DNA of 64,000 bases from assembly GCA_036785375.1 (NCBI GenBank), contig JAWMAR010000069.1:6262001-6326000 (forward strand), in the 5' to 3' direction. Origin of the DNA: Leucoraja ocellata (Eukaryota). A program made the position numbers and the translations under genes. The notes under the pieces are model-generated. The model had not been told where the DNA came from. It saw only the letters and a program-made list of their open reading frames with translations, and searched no databases. The first letter of the stretch is position 1. Every line of letters begins with the position of its first letter. Shown piece by piece: positions 35,901 through 47,454 of the stretch.

Positions 35901-35993
35901 GTCTGAAGAAGGATCTCGACCCGAAACGTCACCTATTCCTTTTCTCTAGAGATGCTGTCTGACCCGCTGAGTTACTCCAGCTATTTGTGTCTA
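35901..35993 (+). mobile_element. Penelope-derived mini-element
   Basis: gtctgaagaaggatctcgacccgaaacgtcacc...gagttactccagc. Confidence 0.85.
35903..35930 (+). ncRNA. Minimal type I hammerhead ribozyme motif
   Basis: CUGAAGA A GGAU CUCG ACCC GAAA C GUC: core intact, one stem II mismatch. Confidence 0.7.
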
Positions 35994-36384
35994 ACTGTGA
36001 TCACATAGCTAAGTAACCAGTCTTGTTTTGACCCATAAGGTGAGGGTATTTACAGGCAGAGATTATCCTAGTCTTCTGGACAGAGAAGACAGAGACCCAA
36101 TGAAGGTGAACTAAACACTCCCTCCAGGATATGCATGGATGCTGAAGGCAAGGGACTGGAGAATAGGCTGAGCGACCTGCCTGTGAAGGTGACAGATCAC
36201 TGGCTCGTGATTGTTCATAGAGAGGTTCACAGGAATATTTATTATAATAAATGGTCACATCTAAATAAAGTGAATTAAAAAGCATTGAGGTATTATATCA
36301 ATAATGTTCAATTTCTTGGAAAATGTGGTAATTTAACACCACCGATTCTGAATGTGCTGGATTAGTGGTGTTTTGTTGTATATC

Positions 36385-36705
36385 AGGGGCGGTCTAGCGG
36401 TAGGGCTGCTGCCTTATACCACCAGAGTCCCTGGTTCGATCCTGACTACGGGTGCTGTCTGTACAGAGTTTGTACGTTCTCCACGTGACCTACGTGGGTT
36501 TTCTCCAGGTGCTCCAGTTTCCTCCCACACTCCGACAACATACAGGTTTGTAAGTTAATTGACTTTGGTAAAATTGCATATTGTACCGAGTGTGTGTAGG
36601 ATAGTGTTAGTGTGCGGGGAACGTTGGTCAGCGTGGATTTGTTGGGCCGAAGAGCCTGTTTCAGTGCTGTATCTCTAAACTAAACTAAAGTAAATTAAAC
36701 TAAAT
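36385..36705 (+). mobile_element. HE1-type V-SINE (full length)
   Basis: ggttcgatcc B-box, V-domain, (ctaaa)n tail. Confidence 0.9.
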
Positions 36706-37356
36706 TCTGGATTGTCTCTATGCTCCTCAGACTAATATTACATCTCCCGCAAGCATCGGTTGCAGCCTTTGATTCATTAAGCCAACTACACCCAATTTTC
36801 TAGACCAGTTCCCATGTCATTGAAATGACTGTGGGCTTTCTTATCCCATTGATCTGACTTACCAACACACTCCACTCATCCCTGTAAAAGCTGTCAGTTG
36901 TGCCCAAGGTACTTGTGGAAACAGAGATCTGTAGGTTCTCTTTCCCAGTTCTGTCAATGAGTTTTCAACTTGGAACATAAGCTCTATTTTTCTTTCTGTA
37001 GTGGCTGCCTGATTTGCTGAGTGTTTTCAGCATGTTTTATGTTTTTAGTTTAGATTTCCATCATCTGCAGTGTGTTTTATAATCGCAAATATGTTGTCAA
37101 ACTGGAAAGGGTGGAGGGAAGATTAATGTGGATGGTGCCAGGACTTGAGGGCCTGAGTGCAGGAATATGAGGGGGGATTTTAGAGAGGTGAATTAAGTCA
37201 TGAGAGAAATACATCAGGTACTATCGCAACATTTAAGAAACATTTGGACAGGTACATGGATGAAACAGATTTAGAGAGATACTAGACTGAGACCCGTTGG
37301 GTCCCATATTCACATGATTTATCTAAAATCAATATACAGTGCAAACAGGAAGTTAT

Positions 37357-37535
37357 CAAGTGCAGTTTCCTACCACTTCAAGCAGGGTGCAAGGCCACCA
37401 AATTCAAGTGCAGTTTCATGCCACTTCAAGCAGGGTGCAAGGCCACCAAATTCAAATGCAGTTTGATACCATTTCATGCAGGGGGCAAGGCCACCACATT
37501 CAAATGCCGTTTTTTACCATGTCAAGCAGGGTGAA
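37357..37535. repeat. 48-bp minisatellite (about 4 units) inside the Helitron
   Basis: caagtgcagtttcctaccacttcaagcagggtgcaaggccaccaaatt repeated. Confidence 0.9.
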
Positions 37536-37904
37536 ACCAACATAAAGCCACCATAAAACCACACAAAACACCACATAAACACCACACTCAAAGTTCAGTT
37601 GATTCAGAGCTCAGACAGAGTCGTGACCTCTCCCTCCCCCATGTTTCAGAGACAGAGCCATACCCACACTTCCGGGTTTTATAATCCTCCCCCTCTCACC
37701 AGAAGGGGCATGGCCTTCATGGCGTGATTGGCAGGAGGGACATTCTCAACATTTTTTAAACATCACTTTTATTTTTCAGTGATGGGAAGAATCCTCTGCA
37801 CCTGATGAACTGAGGGAGACTGAGTAAGATGGCCAAAAATCACAGCCGTAAGTGGTAGCATTTTATCTAAAATCAATATACAGTGCAAACAGGAAGTTGT
37901 CAAG

Positions 37905-38005
37905 TACCAACCATTTGCTGTGCTTTAGTTCAAACCTCACACCACCAACCATTTGCTGTGTTTTAGTTCAAACCAACCATTTACTGTGCTTTAGTTCAAA
38001 CCAAC
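37905..38005. repeat. About 30-bp tandem repeat (3 units) inside the Helitron
   Basis: accaaccatttgctgtgctttagttcaa repeated. Confidence 0.85.
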
Positions 38006-40326
38006 CACATTTTCATTTTCAAACCACATTAAGGGCACTCAAGTTCAGTAAAACCACACTCCCAATTTAGTAGACACGTATTCAGTGTTATTCACAGCTC
38101 AAACTGAGAGACGTGACCCTCTCACTTCCCCCATCTTGCAGAGACTGACTGAAGCACTCAACACTTCTGGGTTTTATAGTCCCTCCAGAAGGGGCGTGGC
38201 CTTCAGGGGAGACAATCTCAAAGTTTTTTAAACTCTAATAACTCTTTTATGTTTCATCGATGGGAAAACATCCTCTTGTCCTGCACAGCGGAGCGGGACT
38301 CTGAGTAAGATGGCCAAAGATCACAGCCGTAAGTGGCAGTATTTTTTCTAAAATCAATATACAGAACACCTGGAAGTGGTCAAGGTCAAACTTTTAGTAA
38401 TATAGATGGGCAAAACCCAGGCAGGTGGGACTATTGTAAATGGAACATGTTAGTCAGTGTGCGCAAATTCGGCAAAGGGCCTGCTTCCATGCTGTATGAA
38501 TCCATGAATCTATGACTATGACTATGACTATGACTATGAAATAAAACAGGAAATCCAACACATATTAAGAAGGACAAGGTACCATTGGAGCTTAAGATTT
38601 GAACTGACTTTAACCCACCTGTAAAATGACTTTCTCGTAACCTTCTCCTTATCACTATGTTCTCCTCCACCTTCATTTCAAGCCTGATCAGAATCTCCTC
38701 TGAAGGATTCCACGACAAAGGAAATTTTTAATGAATGCTAAATGTAATAATCTTCCATCTAATTAATTATTCTTGGCTTTATTTGCAGCTTCATTCCATT
38801 TTATTTAACATCAGAGGTGGGCGAATTAAGTATTGCAAACTCAGCAAAAAAAAAATCTTTGCCCGCTTTCTTCTGTTTAACCAGCATTCGATGTTAATAG
38901 CTTCAAAATGGAATAAAATCACCTTTTAGTTTGGAATTACTTTATTCAAGTGAGTATTATCAAATTTTACATTTGGTTCAATATTGATTGACATGTGAAA
39001 TTACATATTTTCATGGCAAAATTCTTTAGTTATATTTAATACCCTTGATTTCATAATCTTTCTCTAACCGGGACATTTCAGCTTAATTTTATATATAAAT
39101 TGACTTTTGTATGTAAATATGACACTTTGTTCATTTGCATGCGGCTGTGTGAATGTTTTTCTGAGATATATTTGTGTAGTGAAGTGTAACCAAAGAAAAG
39201 GCTTGACTAACAAAGCAAATTGGATTCTGATGACATAATCATCGCAAACTTGTTAGATTGGATTAGCAGTATCTGAAGAATATAAAGGACTTCAAACCAG
39301 TTGTGCAAATGCTGTATCTCACATCTGACCACAAGCATACGTATTCCCACTTTTCACTGAAATCCTATGATATGCATTTCAGTGCATGAAGATGTCACCA
39401 AGCCTACGTTAATGGGCTGATCCCACTTCAGTGACTTGGTCCATCAAATGTCCTCCTGCACTGAGACTCCATCACATCAACCCGTTTCACTTTCATGCAC
39501 TGCCAATTATAAACGCACACAAGTGCTGCAGTAACTCAGTGAGTCAGGCAGCATCCCTGGAGATTATGGATAGGTGGTGTTTTGGGTCAGAACCCTTCTT
39601 CATACTGATAGGTGACGGTTCAGGTCAGGACACTTCAGACAGTTTAATCTTTTTGCATCTGCTGTTTCATGTTTCCACTGCCAACTATAGATCACTTAAA
39701 ATCTCAAATAGTTCAAAATTGTAAAGTGGTGTCAGAATATTTCAAACAATGTGATGAGATTACCCAAATCACATACTATTGGACATTTCTCTCTTGGGAA
39801 AATGTCAACCCACAAAAATGAATAATTTATAAATACGAATACAATGATGTCAATTTTTATTTGCTGCAGTTTTCTTAATTTCAACTTGGTTGTGTAAAAT
39901 TCACTCATAAGTTTTACAAAATAAGTCCGTTTTGCTTTTAGTCACATCCACCATGCATATTGCATATTCCAATCAATTCACACAGTTGCATGAAAACCAA
40001 TCTTGGTCAATAAGCCCATGAACCTATATGTTATATTTGCATCCAAAAAGTCAATTTATGTTTGAAATCAAGAAACAAGGAGCTCCTGATGCTGGGTTAG
40101 CCAAAGAGAGTCAAAGTGCTGGATTTGGGTTTTAATTGTAACTGGAAGAAGGAAATGGACTCGGGAAAACCATGACATGAGAAACGTAAGTACGTGGCCC
40201 AGGACAACCTGATATCGGATGTAATTCCCAATTGTTCTGATAGGAAAAGGGGTAGGCAAAGATTTTATAAAGTAGTTACAGAGCAGAACATCAATGTTCT
40301 CCAGAGATGTTGCTGAACCCATTGAG

Positions 40327-40525
40327 NNNNNNNNNNNNNNNNNNNNNNNNNNNNNNNNNNNNNNNNNNNNNNNNNNNNNNNNNNNNNNNNNNNNNNNNNN
40401 NNNNNNNNNNNNNNNNNNNNNNNNNNNNNNNNNNNNNNNNNNNNNNNNNNNNNNNNNNNNNNNNNNNNNNNNNNNNNNNNNNNNNNNNNNNNNNNNNNNN
40501 NNNNNNNNNNNNNNNNNNNNNNNNN
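40327..40525. other. Assembly gap
   Basis: Run of N. Confidence 1.
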
Positions 40526-40954
40526 CCCTCTTTCGCTCTTTCTAGCCCTATGGATTGAAAGCTAGTATAATCAAATATAAAGGGCAATGCTTCAGTTCAG
40601 AAGAATAGAAATTCAATTAACATTTATTATTAAACACAATGATTGTCTAATTAACCTATATGCTAATATCCTCTAAACATGCTAAAATGGAAAAACACAA
40701 TCATTAAGCAAATGGAATTATTTGAGATGTCTGTAAGGTTTGAAATGTATTTTTGATAGTTTTAAGTGAAGAAACGTGCAAATTTTGCAACACCATGCAT
40801 CTTTGTCCAGAGTATAGAGGAAAAATTATTTTGCCACAAATAATTGTCTTGAATAATATATGTGCGTGCTTTTAATTGTGGAATAATAATTTTTTTCAAA
40901 GGTTGCTAGGAATATTTATCTGCCCATAGGTCTCTCTTAATCTTCTCTCTTTCT

Positions 40955-41096
40955 NNNNNNNNNNNNNNNNNNNNNNNNNNNNNNNNNNNNNNNNNNNNNN
41001 NNNNNNNNNNNNNNNNNNNNNNNNNNNNNNNNNNNNNNNNNNNNNNNNNNNNNNNNNNNNNNNNNNNNNNNNNNNNNNNNNNNNNNNNNNNNNNNN
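40955..41096. other. Assembly gap
   Basis: Run of N. Confidence 1.
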
Positions 41097-41654
41097 CTAT
41101 TTCTCTCCCTATGGATTGATAGCTAGAGTCCTAACCTGACAAGTATAATTGAAGAAGGAAGTCCAATTGAAGGCATCTGTTCTTTTTCTGACTGTGCACT
41201 GCACTGACTTGAATAGATTGACTTCTATTCAGAGTGCAATGGTAGGACTGTGAGATAAAAATATCACCCGATTCAAGTCAATTCATTTGTCTATCCAGCT
41301 GAGCTCAATGAGAACACACCAGCTGATAATGTGTTTCTTATGATATTGTTATTTTTCTCTCCTTTCTTATTATTTATATCCCCATACTCGATATAAAGAA
41401 CCCATGGGTAGGTGTAAAAGACACAGTTTAGTGAACATTTATGTTAAAAAACAGTTTCCACCGGAACGAAAAAGTGACCCATTGTTTAGCCAGGTGGGAA
41501 GTGATTTTATATAAAACCCCACAGTGATAGGGGAGAGACATACCTTCACTGGCACAGTGGATATCTGAAGATAGATGTACCATTCAGGAATAACATGTCC
41601 TGAGTCCACCGAGGAAAGTAATTTTGACAATTGTGGCAATAGAGAACATAGATT

Positions 41655-42578
41655 GTTGTATTGTATTGTATTGTATTCAAATTTATTGTCATTGTCTCAA
41701 TTTGAGACAACGAAATGAATTTCCCTTACAGGCAGTATCATTAAAAAAATCACAAAGAAATAATAAAAATAAGTAATAAATAAATAATAAAACATATTAA
41801 AAATAAAATTGAAATTGAATTAAAATTTAAAAAAAAGCACAAACACAGAAAGTCCACGACACAACATAACATATATGGCACCAAGGTGAGGAAGGCACCA
41901 TAGTCCAGCCAGCCTCCCCTCCGTGTTCATCCGTGGACGGGGCCTTCCGAGCACCCGCAGTCGCCGCCCCGGGTGGCCCGATGTTCAGGCCCTCACGCCG
42001 GGCTGGTGGAACGCCGACGCCGAACCCCGACGGTGAGCATCTTCCTCCTCAGCGGCCCGGACCGTCTGATCAGCCGTCTCCCGCTGCCGGAGTCTGCAGC
42101 TCCTGAGTCCGCAGGCCGAGCCGGGCAGAGTCACAGGACCCCGCGTTGTTAGTCAGCGCCGCCCGCGTTGGGAGCTCCGCAAACCGCAGCTCCAGGATGT
42201 TGGTGCCACAGGACCAGCACTCCGGGCTCCAGACAGCGACCCCCGGTAAGGCATCGCCAGCCCAGCGATGTTTCAGCGCTGTCCCGCCGCTGCTGGAGCT
42301 CCGGTCGATCCCGGCAGGAAAGGCCGCGCCAATCCAGGTAGGTAGGCCGCTGTGGGGGGAGGGGGGGGGGGGCGAGGACGCGACTCGAATAATAGTCGCG
42401 TCCTCACCAGGAAGCGGCTGAAGTACTGTATCCCCCGCACAGTGCCCTCTTCCCCCACATAAAAACACAAAAAAAACACAAAAAAATACACTTTTACATA
42501 ACTAAATAAACAAAAAAACAAAAAGATACCGGGCTGTAGGTGGAGGCTGCTGGCACCAGCGCCACCGGAAGTACAATA
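41655..42578 (-). mobile_element. GC-rich non-autonomous retroelement (no ORF, LINE-type tail)
   Basis: Sense 5' end tattgtacttccggtggcgc, T-tract, CpG-rich body, 3' gacaataaa + (tacaa)n; second copy at 63523-64000. Confidence 0.8.
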
Positions 42579-42579
42579 C

Positions 42580-43310
42580 CATGGACCAATATAGCACAGG
42601 AACTGTCTCATTGGCCTACAATGTACTGGACATGATGCCTACTGATGGAACATACTCCCTACCCCTGCTTTCGACTGCATATTTCAATGTTACATAGTGA
42701 ACTTTATTTTGCATATAATGCCGGCGTCGCCATGTTTAGGTCCATTTGATCAAATTCACAGTTCCGGCCTTGCCAAGCGCAGCCATGGTGCACTCCATGG
42801 GTGCTCCACCACTGTAAGTTGTGTCCAGTCCATATGCTCGGCCTCTTGGATTGGTGCCTGGTCCAACAGAGCCCCAGGCTGTTGCGGGGCCTCCAGCGGC
42901 CCACTCCCCCATCAAGTTCCCATCCCACAGTCGGTCCATCTACCCGCCCTCCATCCAGCTCCTTCCACTCTAGGCGGGTGAGCCAGGTGGGTTTCCGGTC
43001 TGCGGCATGGGTCCTCGATCCACGGTGGGCGAGCTGGACCTTCTGGGTTCTCTGTCCCCGTGGGGTCCCGGTCTTCGGGCACACAGCTCCCTGGGGTACT
43101 TTATATGTCCATCTCAAAGCCTCTTAAATGTCACTACTGTATCTGCCTCCACCACCACCCCTGACAGCGCGTTCCAGGCACCCACTACTCTCTGTGTAAA
43201 GCAAACTTGTCCTGCACATCCCCCTTTAACTTTCCCCTTCTGACCTTGTAGCGATCCAGTGCTTGACATTTCCACCCTGTGAAAAAAGTTCTAACTGCTT
43301 AACTTATCCA
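42580..43310 (-). mobile_element. CR1 LINE 3' fragment interrupted by a GC-rich insert (about 42680-43103)
   Basis: gcctcttaaatgtcactactgtatctgcctccaccacc...gttccaggcacccac; tail near 42580-42640. Confidence 0.7.
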
Positions 43311-43315
43311 CAATA

Positions 43316-43632
43316 TGATATGATACAAAATAATAGAACTTTATTATCTCAGGAGGGAAATTGATCAGCCAACAGTCATACAAAACACAACATACATGAA
43401 ACATGAAATTAAAGTGACTAGTGGAAAGGCTTGGATTATGTGCAACGTCTGAGAAGGGGAGGGTGGGGGGCGGGAGGGGAGTCACTCAGTCTCAGTCTAC
43501 CCCACGACAGAAGGGGAGGAGTTGAAACATTTGATAGCCACAGGGATAACACATATTTTGTGTATTAGGACTGTTGGTAGATCAATTTCCCTCCTGACAT
43601 AAATAAAGTTCTATTGCATGGTATCGTATCGT
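43316..43632. mobile_element. Head-to-head pair of Rex1-type LINE 3' ends
   Basis: atagaactttatt...gggaaattgatcagccaacagtc is inverted relative to gactgttggtagatcaatttccc...aataaagttctat. Confidence 0.7.
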
Positions 43633-44150
43633 TTCATTTCATTATCGAAGTTGAGGAGATTAGTTCAGACAAAAACAATGGGCCCACCTGGGTAGTGCTG
43701 TGTGTGCATCTTCAGGAGGAGATAGAAGCAAGGTGTGTGTGGTCGGGGCAGTATCAGGATGTAGGCTGAGGAAGGGAGACCTGATACAATGAGATCTGTG
43801 ATAATATGGGAGTCAGATACTGACTCTGGTGATTCTTGGTGGGATCATGGTGTGAGGTTATCATGGGGTGGTGTCCAAGAGCTGCCATCTCACCTCAGCA
43901 AGGCAGGCGTCAGTTCACCAGACCACAGGTATTTAAATGATACACATTTGTGGAGTCTCAAGACACTTTGTACCGCAAGTGTATCTATCTTTTCCACATT
44001 TGGGAAGTGCTGTTATCTACTTATCAAAATATTCTTATGGACTATTTTGTAGTTTGCACCAGGGGACAAATGACTGCAATGAGTTTGCAGAACATGTGGC
44101 AAGACGGTACAATTTACCCAGTCAAAATAACACACACACACTCAAAAAGC

Positions 44151-44468
44151 CAACACAAAGTGTCCGAGTTATGCCCCTGTCCCACTTGGGAAACCTGAAC
44201 GGAAACCTCTGGAGACTTTGCGCCTCACCCAAGGTTTCTGTGCGGTTCCCGGAGGTTGCAGGTGGTTACCGGAGGTTGCAGGTAGTGGAAGCAGGTTGGG
44301 AGACTGACAAAAACCTTCGGGAACCGCACGGAAACCTTGGGTGGGGCGCAAAGTCTCCAGAGGTTTCCGTTCAGGTTTCCTAAGTGGACAGGGGCATTAC
44401 TCAGCGGGTCAGGCAGCATCTTTGGCGACATGGGTAGGTAATGTTTTGGGTCAAGACCCTTCTTCAAG
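44151..44468 (-). mobile_element. Penelope mini-element split by a Harbinger MITE
   Basis: cacaaagtgtccgagtta | ctcagcgggtcaggcagcatc...acccttcttca. Confidence 0.8.
44172..44396. mobile_element. PIF/Harbinger MITE (Tourist-like)
   Basis: About 80-bp TIRs tgcccctgtcccactt.../...aagtggacaggggca; TTA TSD 44169-44171 and 44397-44399. Confidence 0.92.
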
Positions 44469-45854
44469 CATTGATTAACCCTGTGATATTACCCTCAGTG
44501 ATATTTTGAGGTTAAAATAAAAGAAATTAACACTTGAAATTCTGAATTTTATTCCCTCCAGTTTCCCCCCTTTGTTTAATCTATTGTCTTCCATCAAGTT
44601 TGTTCTCACCCTTTACTAATCTTAAAATGTAATAATGTGGGAAGCTAGAGTCATTATTTCTGACACAATGTACTGTTGGATGAATGTTTAATTAGCTGTG
44701 TAACCTGGTCTCCAGGCAGTTCACCGCGAGTCTGAGATTAACAACCGCAGTGCGACCTTAGAAATAGCTTAGCTTGAACCAGCAGTCGTATGTTATTCAC
44801 AGCTGGTGGCCACAAAGCTCGTCCAAGCGTGGCTTCAGCCGTTATCATAGCACAGCAAACAAAATTCATTCTCAGCCATGTCTCCACATCTCGGAAGCAT
44901 AGAATAGTTTATCACCAAAAGCCAGCAATTATTCAGCCCCAGTGTAGTTTGAATTAGAGTCAACAAAATAATTTATTGAGCAGCATAAACCTTTTCTACA
45001 AACATATCAGATAAAATAAACTCCATAATACATTGTCTATATTGTCATTACACCACAGTAGTCTGTCACTTTACATTATCAAATTAGCACATTGAGAAGA
45101 GGAAACAGCCCATTATTGTGAGAGTTATTTCTTTAATGAATGCGTTCTTTGTAGATTAAATAAATCACATTTGGTATAGCTAGATCTGGAACTTGCTCAC
45201 TGTCTCATCAATTCAAATATCAAGACTAGACAAAACTATTTTGTCGTTTGCCCCAGGGGAACAATGACTGTAATGAGTTTGAGGAACATGTGGCAAGGGT
45301 ACAAATTATCCAGTCAAAATAACTCACACACGCTCAACATTGATTAACCCTCCGAAGAGCTCGGTCATATTGTACTGCGTGTTAAAGAAAGACCTATTGC
45401 AGTGTACAGTCCAAACACTTTAATATAAAATGGCTATCTAACTAACATTACCATGAAGATGTAAAAACTGAGCCTTGCGTATCAAAGGCTCAATGTTGTC
45501 CATAGAGTGGATTAACAAGGATTAATCACGGTGCTTCACTAATCCAGGTCACCCGCCATTAACTCCTTAATGCTTCTTCTCAGCCGCATGCTTCCAATAA
45601 TAAAACAATTCACCAGTTGTTGCTGAGTCTCACACTTCATAATGTAGATTGTTGGAAAGTGTATTTGGGGAAAACACTGGTGTGATCCATCTCAGGAAAC
45701 AAAGAAAGAAATAAAGCTTTAAAATTGCTCTTTGCTGCAAAGATGTGGGACATTCACAATGTGGGTATGTGGGGGGAGGGGGGGGGGGTCCAATTAATGT
45801 TCTACTTGTATTGCCCATACCCACTCCAAAGGCATCATGTGCTGTAGAACATTA

Positions 45855-46115
45855 AACTAGACTTTAACGATACAGTGTAGAAACAGGCCATTTGGCCCAT
45901 CGAGTCCATGCCGACCAGCAATTAACCTGTACACTAGAACTATCCAACACATTAGGGACAATTTACACTTTACAGAAGCCAATTAACCTACAAACCTGTA
46001 GGTCTTTGGAATGAAGGAGAAAGTTAGATCATACAAACTCCGTACAGACGGCACCCGTAGTCAGGATTGAACCCGCATCTCTTGCATTGTAAGGCAGCAA
46101 CTCTACTGCTGCGCC
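45855..46115 (-). mobile_element. HE1-type V-SINE
   Basis: Tail to ggcagcaactctactgctgcgcc. Confidence 0.85.
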
Positions 46116-46455
46116 GACCTGATATATTACGTATCCATATTCTCCAGGGATGCTGCCTGACCCTTTAAGTTACTCCAGCACTTTGAATCATTATTTGTTA
46201 CTATTTAATGCTCGTATGAAATTTAATATTGATTCTTAATATTAGTCCATGTGACAATGCCAGAGATATACAACTTGTATTGAAAGCCTGCATTAATAAC
46301 GCCAACTAATTTTCGTCTTTGCAGCTCGACTGGGAAAAAGATCTGCTGCAGGATTCACTGGAATTACAATCCATTGCTTTGACAATGTTGCATGATCCAC
46401 TCTGCCCGATGACTGTCCAGTCAATGAAGAGGGGAGTTTATTCTTCTCCACGTCT

Positions 46456-46760
46456 ACGGGATGGCACAGTGGAGCAGCTGTAAAAATGCTGCTTCATAGT
46501 GCCAGAGACCCTGGTTTAATCCTGACCATGGGTGCAGTCTGCACGGAGTTTGTATGTTCTCCCTGTGAATGTGTGGGTTTCCTCCAGGTGCTCCAGCTTC
46601 CTCCCATATTCCAAAGACGTGCAGGTTTAGAAGTTTATTGGCTTCCATAAATTATCCCTTGCGTGTAGGATAGAACTAGTGTATGGGTGATTGTTGGTCA
46701 GCATGGACTTGGGCTGCAGGGCCTGTTTCCACCCTGCATCTTGAAATTAAACTAAACTAC
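46456..46760 (+). mobile_element. HE1-type V-SINE (full length)
   Basis: Head, V-domain, tail. Confidence 0.9.
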
Positions 46761-47454
46761 GCAGTGCATTCAGACTGTCCTAACCAATCAAACAGCCGCT
46801 CAAAAGTCATATAAACAAATCATCAATTATGATTGAAAATTGAATTTTAGCTTCTACATTTGCACCAAATTGAATATTATCCAAATATATTATTATAAAA
46901 ACCTGTGCCCTAGGGATAAAATTAGGAATTCCTCTCCCATTTAGTTTTTTTTTGTTCTACGACAGAAATGGTTTCAATAAACTGAAAGGCATTCACAAAA
47001 AAAGATTATAATTAAATCCTTGGTTACAAGCTGAGTGTGTAATTAAATGTAAACAATGAAATGTGATTGAGTTGGGTTTTACATTACTGACAGTTACATA
47101 TTCAATTTGATTATTCTGATACTGAATACCCGGGCAGTCTTAGAAAATCTCCTGCTATCAAAACACCATTTCTATAGGAACTAACTATTCATCGTAACAA
47201 CTGGTTAGAATATCCAGCTAGTTTAAAGCAACCGAGAGAACGAGGTCATGTAAACATCCAAGAAACTATTTAAATTAATTAACCTCAGTCAATCAGCTTA
47301 GTTTATTGTCACGTGTACCGAGATACAGTGAAAAACTTTTGTTGTGTGCATGTCAGTCAGCATAAACACAATACATGATAACATGATGAGCCATTTACAG
47401 TGTAAAGATACATGATTAGGGAATTACCAGCTTAAGGGGGGGGGGGGGGGGGGC

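Larger units (their letters stand above)
37282..38406 (-). mobile_element. Non-autonomous Helitron
   Basis: Minus strand reads A|TCTATATTACTAAAAG...GACCC-AAC-GGGTC hairpin...CTAG|T; inserted between A and T without TSD. Confidence 0.88.
37090..38540 (+). mobile_element. CR1 LINE 3' fragment split by a Helitron
   Basis: ...ttagagagata | tgggcaaaacccaggcagg... rejoins across the insertion; (ctatga)n tail at about 38505-38540. Confidence 0.85.

Noticed and set aside
37357-37535. 48-bp repeats as a CRISPR array or repeat protein (ORF 37339-37545)
   Set aside because: Units are directly adjacent with no unique spacers and lie inside a Helitron; the 16-aa periodicity follows from the 48-bp unit.
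40291-40587. ORFs containing X runs
   Set aside because: Artefacts of the N gap.
41870-42000. HDV-like ribozyme in the GC-rich element (ttcctcac resembles an L3 loop)
   Set aside because: Could not build the P1/P3/P1.1 pairings by eye, and the motif is not kept in the related copies.
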